A stretch of DNA of 56,783 bases, taken from contig CANQMM010000002.1 in the NCBI GenBank assembly GCA_947624955.1, forward strand, positions 1-56,783, in the 5' to 3' direction. A program made the position numbers and the translations under genes. Positions within the stretch are counted from its first letter, which is position 1. Each line of letters opens with the position of its first letter. Source of the DNA: an uncultured Bacilli bacterium (GTDB lineage: Bacteria; Bacillota_I; Bacilli_A; RF39; UBA660). Below, piece by piece: positions 17,758 through 25,547 of this stretch. The notes under the pieces were generated by a model. The model did no database searches and was not told the origin of the DNA. It saw only the letters and a program-made list of their open reading frames with translations.

Positions 17758-19517
17758 GGTAAATCTTCTTGATTCTTTAGCTTACGACGTAATTTGGCTG
17801 TATCGATTAATACTTGATGTTTACCAAGAGATATTTTCAAGACTAGGTTACCAGCTTTAGGTACATCTTTTTTTACATATTCGGTTGGTGTTTCTTCAGG
17901 TTCAATTACGTGCCCTTCGGCAGGATTAGGTTGAAGTTTATATTCTTTGAAACCATAGCCTTCAGAAGTTCTTGTTATCTCCCCAAATTGGGTAGTTGCC
18001 AATTCTTTAGCAAAACGAGTTACTAATTGATTATAAGCATTTTGGTCAACACTTTTTAAAATCTTACCGCTTTCCAAACGCTCGACAATTAATTGGCTTC
18101 CCATAGCTGGTCTAACTAAATATTGGTCTTTTAATTCAGGATCTGATAATCTTTCGAGAATATCAGCAGAAGCGTCCAAATCGAGAATGGTAAGTTTTGA
18201 ACCATCTAAATAATTGGCTTTACTAAAGCTTAAAGTTTTATATAATTGCTCTGTTTCTTCTAGTGAGATTTGTCCATTATTTTTTAATGTAGTTAATTGG
18301 TCGATAACGTGTTGTTTTTCTTCATTTTTCATATGATAAACTAGAACATAAACCTTATTTGGCTCAATTTTTAAATCATCACTAGTTTCAGATGGCTTCG
18401 GAGGCTCCGTTGGTTTTGGAGGCTCCGTTGGTTTTGGAGGCTCCGTTGGCTTTGGTGGCTCTTTTGGTTTTGGTGGTTCTGGTTGTTTTGGTGGCTCCGG
18501 TTCTGGCATTTTGAAATATCCATCTTTATCCTTATTTCCCCCAAAAGCGTGAGTATTATAAAGTAAATAATCAATATCTGTTGCTTTACCAGTCGCAATT
18601 AAATTACTAATATGATCGTAGGCAAGCTGATTACTTAAGCTATAAATATTATGTAAATCAATCATAGATATCCACGTTCTAGCCACACTATCATCACATT
18701 TTACATTGTCAAAAATATTTTTTAAAACTTCATATTGCTCTTTATCAAATTCCCAACACATACAAATTTTTGATGGCCAACTGTTAAGGATCCTTTTTTT
18801 CGTTTCCGGATTTAAATCCCCATTAAATGAAAGGGCAATTGGCTTATTATCTTTTTTACGATTAAAATTTAATAATTCAAATAATTCTTTAGAAGCTTTG
18901 ATATCTATTGGTTTTCTTTCTTTGTAAGCCTTAATCAAATAGTTTATATATCCCATAATATTTGTGGCTTCGAGAGAATCCAAGTAATATACAACTTTAA
19001 TTTTGTCATCGCCCTTTTTAGGTGGCTCTGTTGGTTTTGGTGGTTGCGGTTGTTTTGGTGGTTGTGGTGGTTCTGTATTACCGCTTTTTTTAGCTTTCTT
19101 CTTACTTTTCTTATCTTTTTTACTTTTTGGTTTGTTAAAAGTTATTTGGAAAGCGCCAAAATTCCACCATGGATTTTTATTCTTCTTACGTTCAGCTTTT
19201 TCAGCAGCTTTTTCAGCCTTGTTCTCAGCTTTTTCTTCTTCTCTTTCTACTACTTTAGCAGCAGATTTTGGATTGACATTAATAACATTAGCAAAGAATT
19301 TACGAACTTTAGAATTTTCCCGTTTTCTTTGTCTATGTCTTTTAATTGATTCTTTTCTTGAAATTTTTTGTTCTTTTTCTTTTTGTAATTTCTCTTTATT
19401 TTTACGGATTTTATCTTTAATTTTTATCCATAAAGCTTTAGGTAAATTCCAAATGATTCTCCCGGCATCACCGATTGTTACTTGGTCTGGTTTTACCTTT
19501 ATTGTTTCTTCTTCCAT
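17739..19517 (-). CDS. Lys/Pro-rich two-domain hypothetical protein
   Basis: 592 aa with a highly basic N-terminus. Two proline-rich linkers (PPQPPKQPQPPKPTEPPK and EPPKQPEPPKPKEPPKPTEPPKPTEPPKPTEPPKP) are each followed by a globular segment. No signal peptide or TM helix. Confidence 0.6.
   Translation of the reverse strand: MEEETIKVKPDQVTIGDAGRIIWNLPKALWIKIKDKIRKNKEKLQKEKEQKISRKESIKRHRQRKRENSKVRKFFANVINVNPKSAAKVVEREEEKAENKAEKAAEKAERKKNKNPWWNFGAFQITFNKPKSKKDKKSKKKAKKSGNTEPPQPPKQPQPPKPTEPPKKGDDKIKVVYYLDSLEATNIMGYINYLIKAYKERKPIDIKASKELFELLNFNRKKDNKPIALSFNGDLNPETKKRILNSWPSKICMCWEFDKEQYEVLKNIFDNVKCDDSVARTWISMIDLHNIYSLSNQLAYDHISNLIATGKATDIDYLLYNTHAFGGNKDKDGYFKMPEPEPPKQPEPPKPKEPPKPTEPPKPTEPPKPTEPPKPSETSDDLKIEPNKVYVLVYHMKNEEKQHVIDQLTTLKNNGQISLEETEQLYKTLSFSKANYLDGSKLTILDLDASADILERLSDPELKDQYLVRPAMGSQLIVERLESGKILKSVDQNAYNQLVTRFAKELATTQFGEITRTSEGYGFKEYKLQPNPAEGHVIEPEETPTEYVKKDVPKAGNLVLKISLGKHQVLIDTAKLRRKLKNQEDLPKPPTL
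18395..18505 (-). repeat. 18-bp tandem coding repeat (EPPKPT units)
   Basis: Plus strand: ggaggctccgttggtttt repeated about 6 times, with the first 3 nearly identical. A second shorter tract lies at about 19020..19080. Confidence 0.8.
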
Positions 19518-19519
19518 AT

Positions 19520-19777
19520 TTATTCCCCCATTTCGGCAAGTTCTTTGATATAATCAACTGCCCATATTAAATCTTCTTCATTAGTTATGTCCGCTAATGT
19601 TTCATAACCTTCCGCATCTTTTACAATATATGATGCATATATATCAACGGTATCGCTAGCATTTGGTATGCCATAAAAAGCAAAATCTTTCCCGTTGAAA
19701 TTCGTTCTTTCCACTAATTCAGCTTCTTTTATTTGTCCATCGTTAGTACGAACGTTAAATTTCTGTCCATCCATCAT
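19520..19777 (-). CDS. DUF1292-family small acidic protein
   Basis: Pattern DGQIKEAELVERTNFNGKDFAFYGIP ... VDIYASYIV ... LADITNEEDL fits DUF1292. AAGGGGA lies 6 nt before the ATG at 19777. Its stop is 2 nt from the next ATG. Confidence 0.65.
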   Translation of the reverse strand: MMDGQKFNVRTNDGQIKEAELVERTNFNGKDFAFYGIPNASDTVDIYASYIVKDAEGYETLADITNEEDLIWAVDYIKELAEMGE

Positions 19778-20933
19778 CACAAATCCCCTTTCTTGCGTCT
19801 ATATTATCACAAATTTCGTCATTTGGCAAATAATGTTCGATAGTGCTCACTATTTGAGTATCGGAAATTATCTCATATAGTTGGCGACCTTTAGTGAAAA
19901 GATTAAGGAAAGTTAGGAGATAAATGATAAATACGATGATGGCTGCACTTAAAATAGTTGTTAAATTTAGTGTAAAATAAGTGTTAACTAGATAGAGGTA
20001 TACAGGAGCTGCTAATAAGATAAAATAAAGAATAAAATTACGAATGAATAGTTTAAAACAGAGAAAATGCGGATGATGATAGGTAGTTATTTTGGTACTA
20101 ACGAGGGCTTTACCTAAACTTTTTCCTTTAAATAAGCATGGAAGGAATAAATAGTATAAACTATAAATAATTAGAAATAGATATCTTACCTGAAGATGAT
20201 TTAAAAAATTACTAACTCTTTGAATTTTAGTGATATAGATAATGATAAAGATACTAAAGAATGCTAGTGCATCAATAAAGAAAGCCATTACTCTTCTTAA
20301 AAAGGATACTTCTTTACCCATTTCATAAGCGGTATTATCGATTTCATCACGAGATGGCAAGATTTTCATTACGATGGGCGCCAAGAGATAACCAAATAGG
20401 GAACCCAAAGTATTAAAGAATAAATCATCGACATCAAATAAGCGATAGTTTCTAGGATAAATAAAGAATATGCCAGTTAGTTGTGTTACTTCTAAGAAAA
20501 GAGATAAACTAAATGCTAGGAAGATTGTCTTAGATAGGGAGCATTTAAAATAATAACGCAGATAAATACCTAAAGGAACCGTAAGTAAAATATTATAAGC
20601 TGTCGTATAAAAGATGGGATTTTTAATTATTTGGCCAATGCTCAAGCTATTTAACTTAATTGTGTACCATAAATCAGTTAGAGAATTAAATAATTTCCAT
20701 TGATATTTAGCCATACTTAAATTAGCTACCGCTGATCTACTAGGTAGCGGCATTATTACTAAGAAGAAGACATTTAAAAGGTATAAAACGAAAGAGTAAA
20801 CTATTAAGACACGTAATTTATGAATAGAACCATATTTATGATATTGTTTCAGTATATAAGGAATGGTAATTAAGATAGCGAGAAAGGGAAAAATTAGTAA
20901 AGCATATTTAATGGGAATTAGATAAACACTCAT
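19755..20933 (-). CDS. VanZ-like / RDD-domain fusion membrane protein
   Basis: The N-terminal half is multi-TM and VanZ-like (FDVDDLFFNTLGSLFGYLL). The C-terminal half is RDD-like (LRRVMAFFIDALAFF ... GKSLGKALV). Confidence 0.6.
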   Translation of the reverse strand: MSVYLIPIKYALLIFPFLAILITIPYILKQYHKYGSIHKLRVLIVYSFVLYLLNVFFLVIMPLPSRSAVANLSMAKYQWKLFNSLTDLWYTIKLNSLSIGQIIKNPIFYTTAYNILLTVPLGIYLRYYFKCSLSKTIFLAFSLSLFLEVTQLTGIFFIYPRNYRLFDVDDLFFNTLGSLFGYLLAPIVMKILPSRDEIDNTAYEMGKEVSFLRRVMAFFIDALAFFSIFIIIYITKIQRVSNFLNHLQVRYLFLIIYSLYYLFLPCLFKGKSLGKALVSTKITTYHHPHFLCFKLFIRNFILYFILLAAPVYLYLVNTYFTLNLTTILSAAIIVFIIYLLTFLNLFTKGRQLYEIISDTQIVSTIEHYLPNDEICDNIDARKGICDDGWTEI

Positions 20934-20938
20934 AATAC

Positions 20939-21214
20939 TTATTTATTGGTAAACCAATAGTAATTTCTTTCGGCTAAGGTAGCTGATAAATCTTCTAAGT
21001 CTTCATCAGCATAATCAACGCTTTCTAATTCTTCTTCAACTAACATAAGTAATTCCTGAAGGGATGTACACTTCTCATAAGGAATATGATTTAATTTTAA
21101 CAATTCGATTTCTGATTTACTCAAGTACAAGTTTTTATTAACTTTAGTTAGTAAACGATCTTTTAAGTGTAAACTACTCGAGACATCAGCAATATACGAT
21201 TGGGGTACTGTCAT
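20939..21214 (-). CDS. small acidic hypothetical protein
   Basis: ORF trimmed to the ATG at 21214 (MTVPQSYI...), which has AAGAGGA upstream. Confidence 0.4.
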   Translation of the reverse strand: MTVPQSYIADVSSSLHLKDRLLTKVNKNLYLSKSEIELLKLNHIPYEKCTSLQELLMLVEEELESVDYADEDLEDLSATLAERNYYWFTNK

Positions 21215-21289
21215 AATAATCCTCTTTTCAATAAGTATTATAACTCTTAAGTAAATAAAAAACACAAATATTTATGTATTTATGTTTTA

Positions 21290-22006
21290 TTAACATTGTT
21301 CAATAATGAGATTTAAATGATGTATATGACAGTAAGACAGTAATTGACAATAGATAACTACAGCATCAGGATTATACTTTTCATAGAGGTAGTAGATATT
21401 CGTATATTTTTTAAATTTAGATAATTTTACGGGATGATTATAATGATGGTGTTGTGAACTTAAAAAATTTTGGGGAAGAGAAAGATTAAAGGGATTGTAA
21501 ATAATATCGGGAGTTTTAGTTTTAAGAAGATGGCGACTAGCAAAAAACTGTTTAATTATAGGTAAGAAATTAGTTGTAGATAGTTCTAGATTATAAAAAG
21601 TAGCTATAGAGGTAAGTTGGTGGAGAAGATAATATTTAATTATTAAATTAAATTTAGTAAAGATATTGATAGAGGGATTTAGTTTAGTTATCAGATTAGA
21701 AATATCACTGATATGGGGGTTCTTAGGTAAATTGAAACTTGTAAAGTGGGTAGTATTCTTTAAATTAGTGGTTAGTAATTCAAATAAGTATGGGGATAAA
21801 GTATTCGGGCTGTTGATGATAAGGGTAGAATGATTAGTTAAGTTCAAAAGACATTGTTCATAGATATAGCAATAATTATAAGGATAGTTAGGATGAACTT
21901 TGGATTCGGTTAATTGATAATTAATTAGAGGGAGTTTAATAGTAGAGGTAACAAGATAGTTAAAAGATAAATCAGCATAATTAGTTAGGGATACTTTAAG
22001 AGGCAT
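21290..22006 (-). CDS. hypothetical protein, glycine-free, possible partner of the DUF2229 protein
   Basis: 238-aa ORF overlapping the upstream gene by 11 nt. It has no Gly or Trp and a single Arg. It shares the same extreme G-poor coding strand as the upstream gene. Confidence 0.4.
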   Translation of the reverse strand: MPLKVSLTNYADLSFNYLVTSTIKLPLINYQLTESKVHPNYPYNYCYIYEQCLLNLTNHSTLIINSPNTLSPYLFELLTTNLKNTTHFTSFNLPKNPHISDISNLITKLNPSINIFTKFNLIIKYYLLHQLTSIATFYNLELSTTNFLPIIKQFFASRHLLKTKTPDIIYNPFNLSLPQNFLSSQHHHYNHPVKLSKFKKYTNIYYLYEKYNPDAVVIYCQLLSYCHIHHLNLIIEQC

Positions 22007-22874
22007 TTAATTCACCTGCTTTTTGGAGATTTATACATTTAGTAATAAAATCAGTTAAAGACTCATTACTAGGATAGAAATAGGTTGGCAGTTTTATCTT
22101 GGTGCTAAGGTAATGGAATGTTTGATTAACTAGGAAACAGTTATCTTCTAAAAGAAAGATGACTCCATCAAGATTATTTAAATTTGATTCAAGAGATTTA
22201 TAAATTTCTTTAAGAAAGGTATCGGTGAGATGATGGGAAAAGTGAATATCTTGGAGTTTATTATAGCGGTAGTCATAGTAATCTGTAAAGATGAAGGCCA
22301 CATCAGGGAAATTTAGTTGGGATAAGAAAGCATTTTGATCAGTATAGAATAAGGATACTACTAAAATTTTGGGTAAGTCACTTAAAAGACTATTCTTAGC
22401 AGTAGTATATTTATTTTGGTAAAATAATTCTTCATTATTTTTGGCTACTTGATAGGCATTGATGATTTGATGATAAGGGATTTTTAATTGATTACCTAAA
22501 GAGATAATCCCGGTTAGTTCATCTTGCCGTTTATCGATATCTATTTTGTAAGAAAGAATTTTAATTTCGGGATAGAGAGCACCTACAATATCTTTTAGAT
22601 TCGAAATGATGGGACATAAGGTTTCGGATTTCTTTAAGGAGACGAGGTGGGGAATGAGAATAAAGTCACAATGGGGAGAAAGTAATTCTATTTGATAAAG
22701 AAACTCTTTTAAATGAGAGCAGGTATCTTGGGGAATTAAAAAATTTTCGGAAGGAGTAAATTCCGTATCGGGAATGATGGTTTCAATTTTTAATTCTTTA
22801 AAGAATACTTGATAAAAGGAAAGATATTTATAATAGATTAGGGATTTAGGAATACCTACTTTGATTTTTTTAAT
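21996..22874 (-). CDS. DUF2229-like (acyl-CoA dehydratase activase-related) protein, apparent ATT start
   Basis: Hand translation shows the frame is open from the TGA at 22881-22883 to the stop at 21996. N-terminus is (I)KKIKVGIPKSLIYYKYLSFYQVFFKELKIETII ... CSHLK ... DFILIPHLVSLKKSETLCP. There is no in-frame ATG/GTG/TTG until codon ~192. ATT at 22874 is preceded by GAGGTGA + 6 nt. Confidence 0.6.
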   Translation of the reverse strand: MKKIKVGIPKSLIYYKYLSFYQVFFKELKIETIIPDTEFTPSENFLIPQDTCSHLKEFLYQIELLSPHCDFILIPHLVSLKKSETLCPIISNLKDIVGALYPEIKILSYKIDIDKRQDELTGIISLGNQLKIPYHQIINAYQVAKNNEELFYQNKYTTAKNSLLSDLPKILVVSLFYTDQNAFLSQLNFPDVAFIFTDYYDYRYNKLQDIHFSHHLTDTFLKEIYKSLESNLNNLDGVIFLLEDNCFLVNQTFHYLSTKIKLPTYFYPSNESLTDFITKCINLQKAGELNAS

Positions 22875-22921
22875 AAAAAATCACCTCAATATAATTTATT
22901 GGGTGAATGATTATTTAATGA

Positions 22922-24151
22922 CTATTTATGATTATTTTCTAATAAGTGCTTGACAGCATTGATGACACCGAGACGACCATATTCGTAAGTTAAACTGCCT
23001 TGTTGATAAGCAATATATGGCGGACGAATTGGGCCATCACAAGATAGTTCGATGGAAGATCCTTGAGTAAAGGAGCCAGAGGCCATAATTACTTGGTCAT
23101 CATAACCGGGCATATCCCATGGAATTGGTAGTGAATTAGAATCGATTGGGGAAGATATTTGAATTCCTTCGACATAGTGGATTAAATCTTCAGGATTATG
23201 GAAAATGATATTTTCTACGATATCTGCCCTTTCTTCGTTGTATTTTGGTTCGACATCATAACCTAGTTCACTAAGTAAAGCGCTAGTAAATACTGCGGTC
23301 TTTAAGCTACTAGCTACAACACTGGAAGCCATAAAAAGTCCTTCTAAGATTTCTTTGTTGGTATTAAGAGATGGTCCAACTTCTCTACCCTCGCCCGGTA
23401 AAGTTAGGCGTTCAGCCACTAACTCGATTAAGTCGTGACGCCCGACAACATAAGCACCGTTACTAGCGATACCGCCGCCCAAATTTTTAATTAAGGAACC
23501 AACGGCAATGTCGGCACCAACAGCAATTGGATTTTTGGTACCTACTAGTTCACAATAACAGTTATCAACCATAATGATTACGTCTTGATCAACTTTGCGG
23601 ATAGCAGCAATTACGGCTTGTAATTTTTCAATCGTAATACTTTTTCTAGTGGAATAACCTTTACTTCTTTGAATTTCGATAACTTTAATTTTTTGCTTTT
23701 TTAAAGTCTCCGTAATTTTGGAAATATCAAATTCATTGTCGACTAAATCAATTTGGGCATAGTTAATATGGAAACTTTTTAAAGAACTAGGATTATCTTT
23801 GATACCGATTACTTCGTGAAGGGTGTCATATGGTGTTCCCGTAATACTTAGTAAGGTATCGCCGGGACGCAAAAGGGCGAATAAGGTTACGGTTAGAGCG
23901 TGAGAACCGGATATAAATTGCGTCCGAACTAGGGCATCTTCCGCATCAAAGATTTCTGCATAGATTTTTTCAATGGTATCTCTACCTAGGTCATTGTAAC
24001 CATAACCGGTAGTCGAATGAAAGTGGGCTTCTGTTACGGCTTGATGCTGAAAAGCCGCTAGGACTTTTTCACTATTAATGAGACAGTCTTCATCAATTTT
24101 AATTAAAATAGGGCGAATTAATTCATCAACTTGCGAAATTTTATCTAGCAT
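22922..24151 (-). CDS. PLP-dependent YnbB / aluminium-resistance (Met-gamma-lyase-like) family protein
   Basis: Motifs TTGYGYNDLGRD, ISGSHAL and GSLIKNLGGG. ATG at 24151 (MLDKISQV) has GGAGGTG upstream. Confidence 0.75.
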   Translation of the reverse strand: MLDKISQVDELIRPILIKIDEDCLINSEKVLAAFQHQAVTEAHFHSTTGYGYNDLGRDTIEKIYAEIFDAEDALVRTQFISGSHALTVTLFALLRPGDTLLSITGTPYDTLHEVIGIKDNPSSLKSFHINYAQIDLVDNEFDISKITETLKKQKIKVIEIQRSKGYSTRKSITIEKLQAVIAAIRKVDQDVIIMVDNCYCELVGTKNPIAVGADIAVGSLIKNLGGGIASNGAYVVGRHDLIELVAERLTLPGEGREVGPSLNTNKEILEGLFMASSVVASSLKTAVFTSALLSELGYDVEPKYNEERADIVENIIFHNPEDLIHYVEGIQISSPIDSNSLPIPWDMPGYDDQVIMASGSFTQGSSIELSCDGPIRPPYIAYQQGSLTYEYGRLGVINAVKHLLENNHK

Positions 24152-24875
24152 TATTAACACCTCCATCAAGACGAATGATAGCATCATTCATATAAGTAAA
24201 TTGGGTCGAAACGGCAAAGACGACGGAAGCAATTTCTTCCGGGGTAGCAAAATGCTTTAACAAGATTTTTGATTCTTCTTTTTCTTGATAAATTGGACTC
24301 ATTGCGTTAGTAGACGGCGTTGCAATCCAACCGGGAGCAACAGCATTTACTCGGGTTTGTGGACTTAGAGCAATAGCTAAATTATGAGTTAAACTGATAA
24401 GGGCCGATTTAGAAGCATCATATTCTAGGGTAAGTGGGGAATATGTATCGAGGCCATTAGTGGAAGCGATGTTAGTAACTGCTGAGTTATTAGATAAGAT
24501 ACTAGTTAATTCTTTTGTAAGGATGAAAGGAGCGATAGTATTAACAGATAGAATTTTAGAAAAGTTAGAGATATCTTTTTCGTTAAATTCTTCTTCAACT
24601 GTATAGGCAGCATTATTGATAAGAACATCTAAACTAGAGTATTTTTCTTTAATTAGTTTAGTAAAATTAAAAGTCTCTGCTTCCCTACTTAAATCAACTT
24701 TAAAGATATCGACATTAATATGATAGGTACTCATAAGTTCTTCTCTAGCTTTTTTAGCTAAATCTTCTTTTGTATGATAAGTTATAATTAAATCATACCC
24801 GGCCTTGGCAAATTCTTTAGATATGGCTAGTCCTAAGGAATGATGCCCACCAGTAATTAAAGTTAATTTTTGCAT
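24141..24875 (-). CDS. short-chain dehydrogenase/reductase
   Basis: Motifs TGGHHSLG, NNAA and YDASK. ATG at 24875 (MQKLTLITGG) follows AAAGGTGA. Confidence 0.8.
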   Translation of the reverse strand: MQKLTLITGGHHSLGLAISKEFAKAGYDLIITYHTKEDLAKKAREELMSTYHINVDIFKVDLSREAETFNFTKLIKEKYSSLDVLINNAAYTVEEEFNEKDISNFSKILSVNTIAPFILTKELTSILSNNSAVTNIASTNGLDTYSPLTLEYDASKSALISLTHNLAIALSPQTRVNAVAPGWIATPSTNAMSPIYQEKEESKILLKHFATPEEIASVVFAVSTQFTYMNDAIIRLDGGVNNAR

Positions 24876-25003
24876 AAAATCACCTTTAAGCATTATAACA
24901 TATTAGTTTTATTTTATAAATTGTAAAGTTATGATAAAAGACGAACCGTTATGGCTCGCCTTAGCTAGCCCACCAACAATTGAGGTGGACCTAATTATTC
25001 ATA

Positions 25004-25156
25004 ATGAAGGAAACATATTAGTTTTTAATTCTATCCTTAATTATTCTTATCATCCTTTTACTTATAGCATTACTTTTCGTAATTTTAAATTTAAAATACC
25101 TAACTCAGCAACGATTTAGGTGGAACCCTAATATTAGGCTACACTCAATATGTTAA
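25004..25156 (+). pseudogene. decayed copy of the small hydrophobic-peptide ORF (in-frame TAG at codon 6)
   Basis: ATG AAG GAA ACA TAT TAG is followed by FLILSLIILIILLLIALLFVIL. The DNA aligns with 25336..25400 of the intact copy. Confidence 0.3.
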
Positions 25157-25190
25157 AATTGAATATTCCTTTTACGAAGTTTCCTTCATG
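25090..25190 (-). ncRNA. candidate small RNA, copy A
   Basis: Bounded by a consensus promoter (25196..25224) and by hairpin ACCTAA/TTAGGT followed by a U-rich tail on the minus strand. It is a direct repeat of copy B. Confidence 0.3.
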
Positions 25191-25195
25191 TAAAT

Positions 25196-25224
25196 ATTAT
25201 ACTCTTGTTTTAAAGTATTTACAA
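25196..25224 (-). promoter_or_regulatory. sigma-A-like promoter (sRNA copy A)
   Basis: Minus strand: TTGTAA, 17 nt spacer, TATAAT. The spacer is part of the palindrome ACTCTTGT..ACAAGAGT. Confidence 0.45.
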
Positions 25225-25227
25225 GAG

Positions 25228-25256
25228 TTGATTTACTTAAAGTAGAATGTTATATT
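25228..25256 (+). promoter_or_regulatory. sigma-A-like promoter for the small-peptide mRNA
   Basis: TTGATT, 17 nt spacer, TATATT with a TGt extended -10. It is back-to-back with the minus-strand promoter (3 nt between the -35 boxes). Confidence 0.45.
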
Positions 25257-25317
25257 TTAAGTAGGAACATTTAATAGTTGGGTGATTGCCAAATCTCTTT
25301 TGAGAGGAGGCGATAAT

Positions 25318-25401
25318 ATGAACAAGAAGGATTTTTTAATTCTGTCCTTAATCTTCTTGATCTTCCTATTAATATTATTACTTTTTATAGTTTTAATATA
25401 A
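25318..25401 (+). CDS. 27-aa hydrophobic peptide (candidate type I toxin)
   Basis: Not in the supplied ORF track because it is too short. Sequence MNKKDFLILSLIFLIFLLILLLFIVLI. Strong SD GAGAGGAGG lies 7 nt before the ATG. Confidence 0.45.
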   Translation: MNKKDFLILSLIFLIFLLILLLFIVLI

Positions 25402-25512
25402 AAAAATCACCTAACTCAAGCAACTTGATTTAGGTGAACACCAAAAATTATTGGCAACATCCAACAAGTGAAAATTGAATGTTCCTTTTTATTTTATGAA
25501 GTTTCCTTCAAT
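25400..25512 (-). ncRNA. candidate antisense small RNA, copy B
   Basis: Promoter at 25519..25547. The minus-strand terminator is TCACCTAA..TTAGGTGA (13 bp with 1 mismatch) + 7 U, ending at the stop codon of the peptide ORF. The 5' end has a GAAG-GAAA-CTTC hairpin, as in copy A. Confidence 0.35.
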
Positions 25513-25518
25513 AAATAC

Positions 25519-25547
25519 ATTTTATCATAAAATAATTATTTTGTAAA
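25519..25547 (-). promoter_or_regulatory. sigma-A-like promoter (sRNA copy B)
   Basis: Minus strand: TTTACA, 17 nt spacer, TAAAAT with a TGa extended -10. It starts 8 nt after the stop of the upstream gene. Confidence 0.4.

Noticed and set aside
18371-19548. ORFs 18371..18598(-), 18706..18927(+), 19003..19548(+) and 19044..19349(+) overlapping the Lys/Pro-rich gene
   Set aside because: Low-complexity AAG/CCA-rich DNA keeps alternative frames open. The products are repetitive F/L/S or G/C strings with no start signals.
24931-25119. 62-aa plus-strand ORF (MIKDEPLWLALASPP...)
   Set aside because: It has no SD. It crosses the decayed repeat module in a different frame from the homologous intact peptide ORF. 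The repeat/pseudogene explanation fits better.
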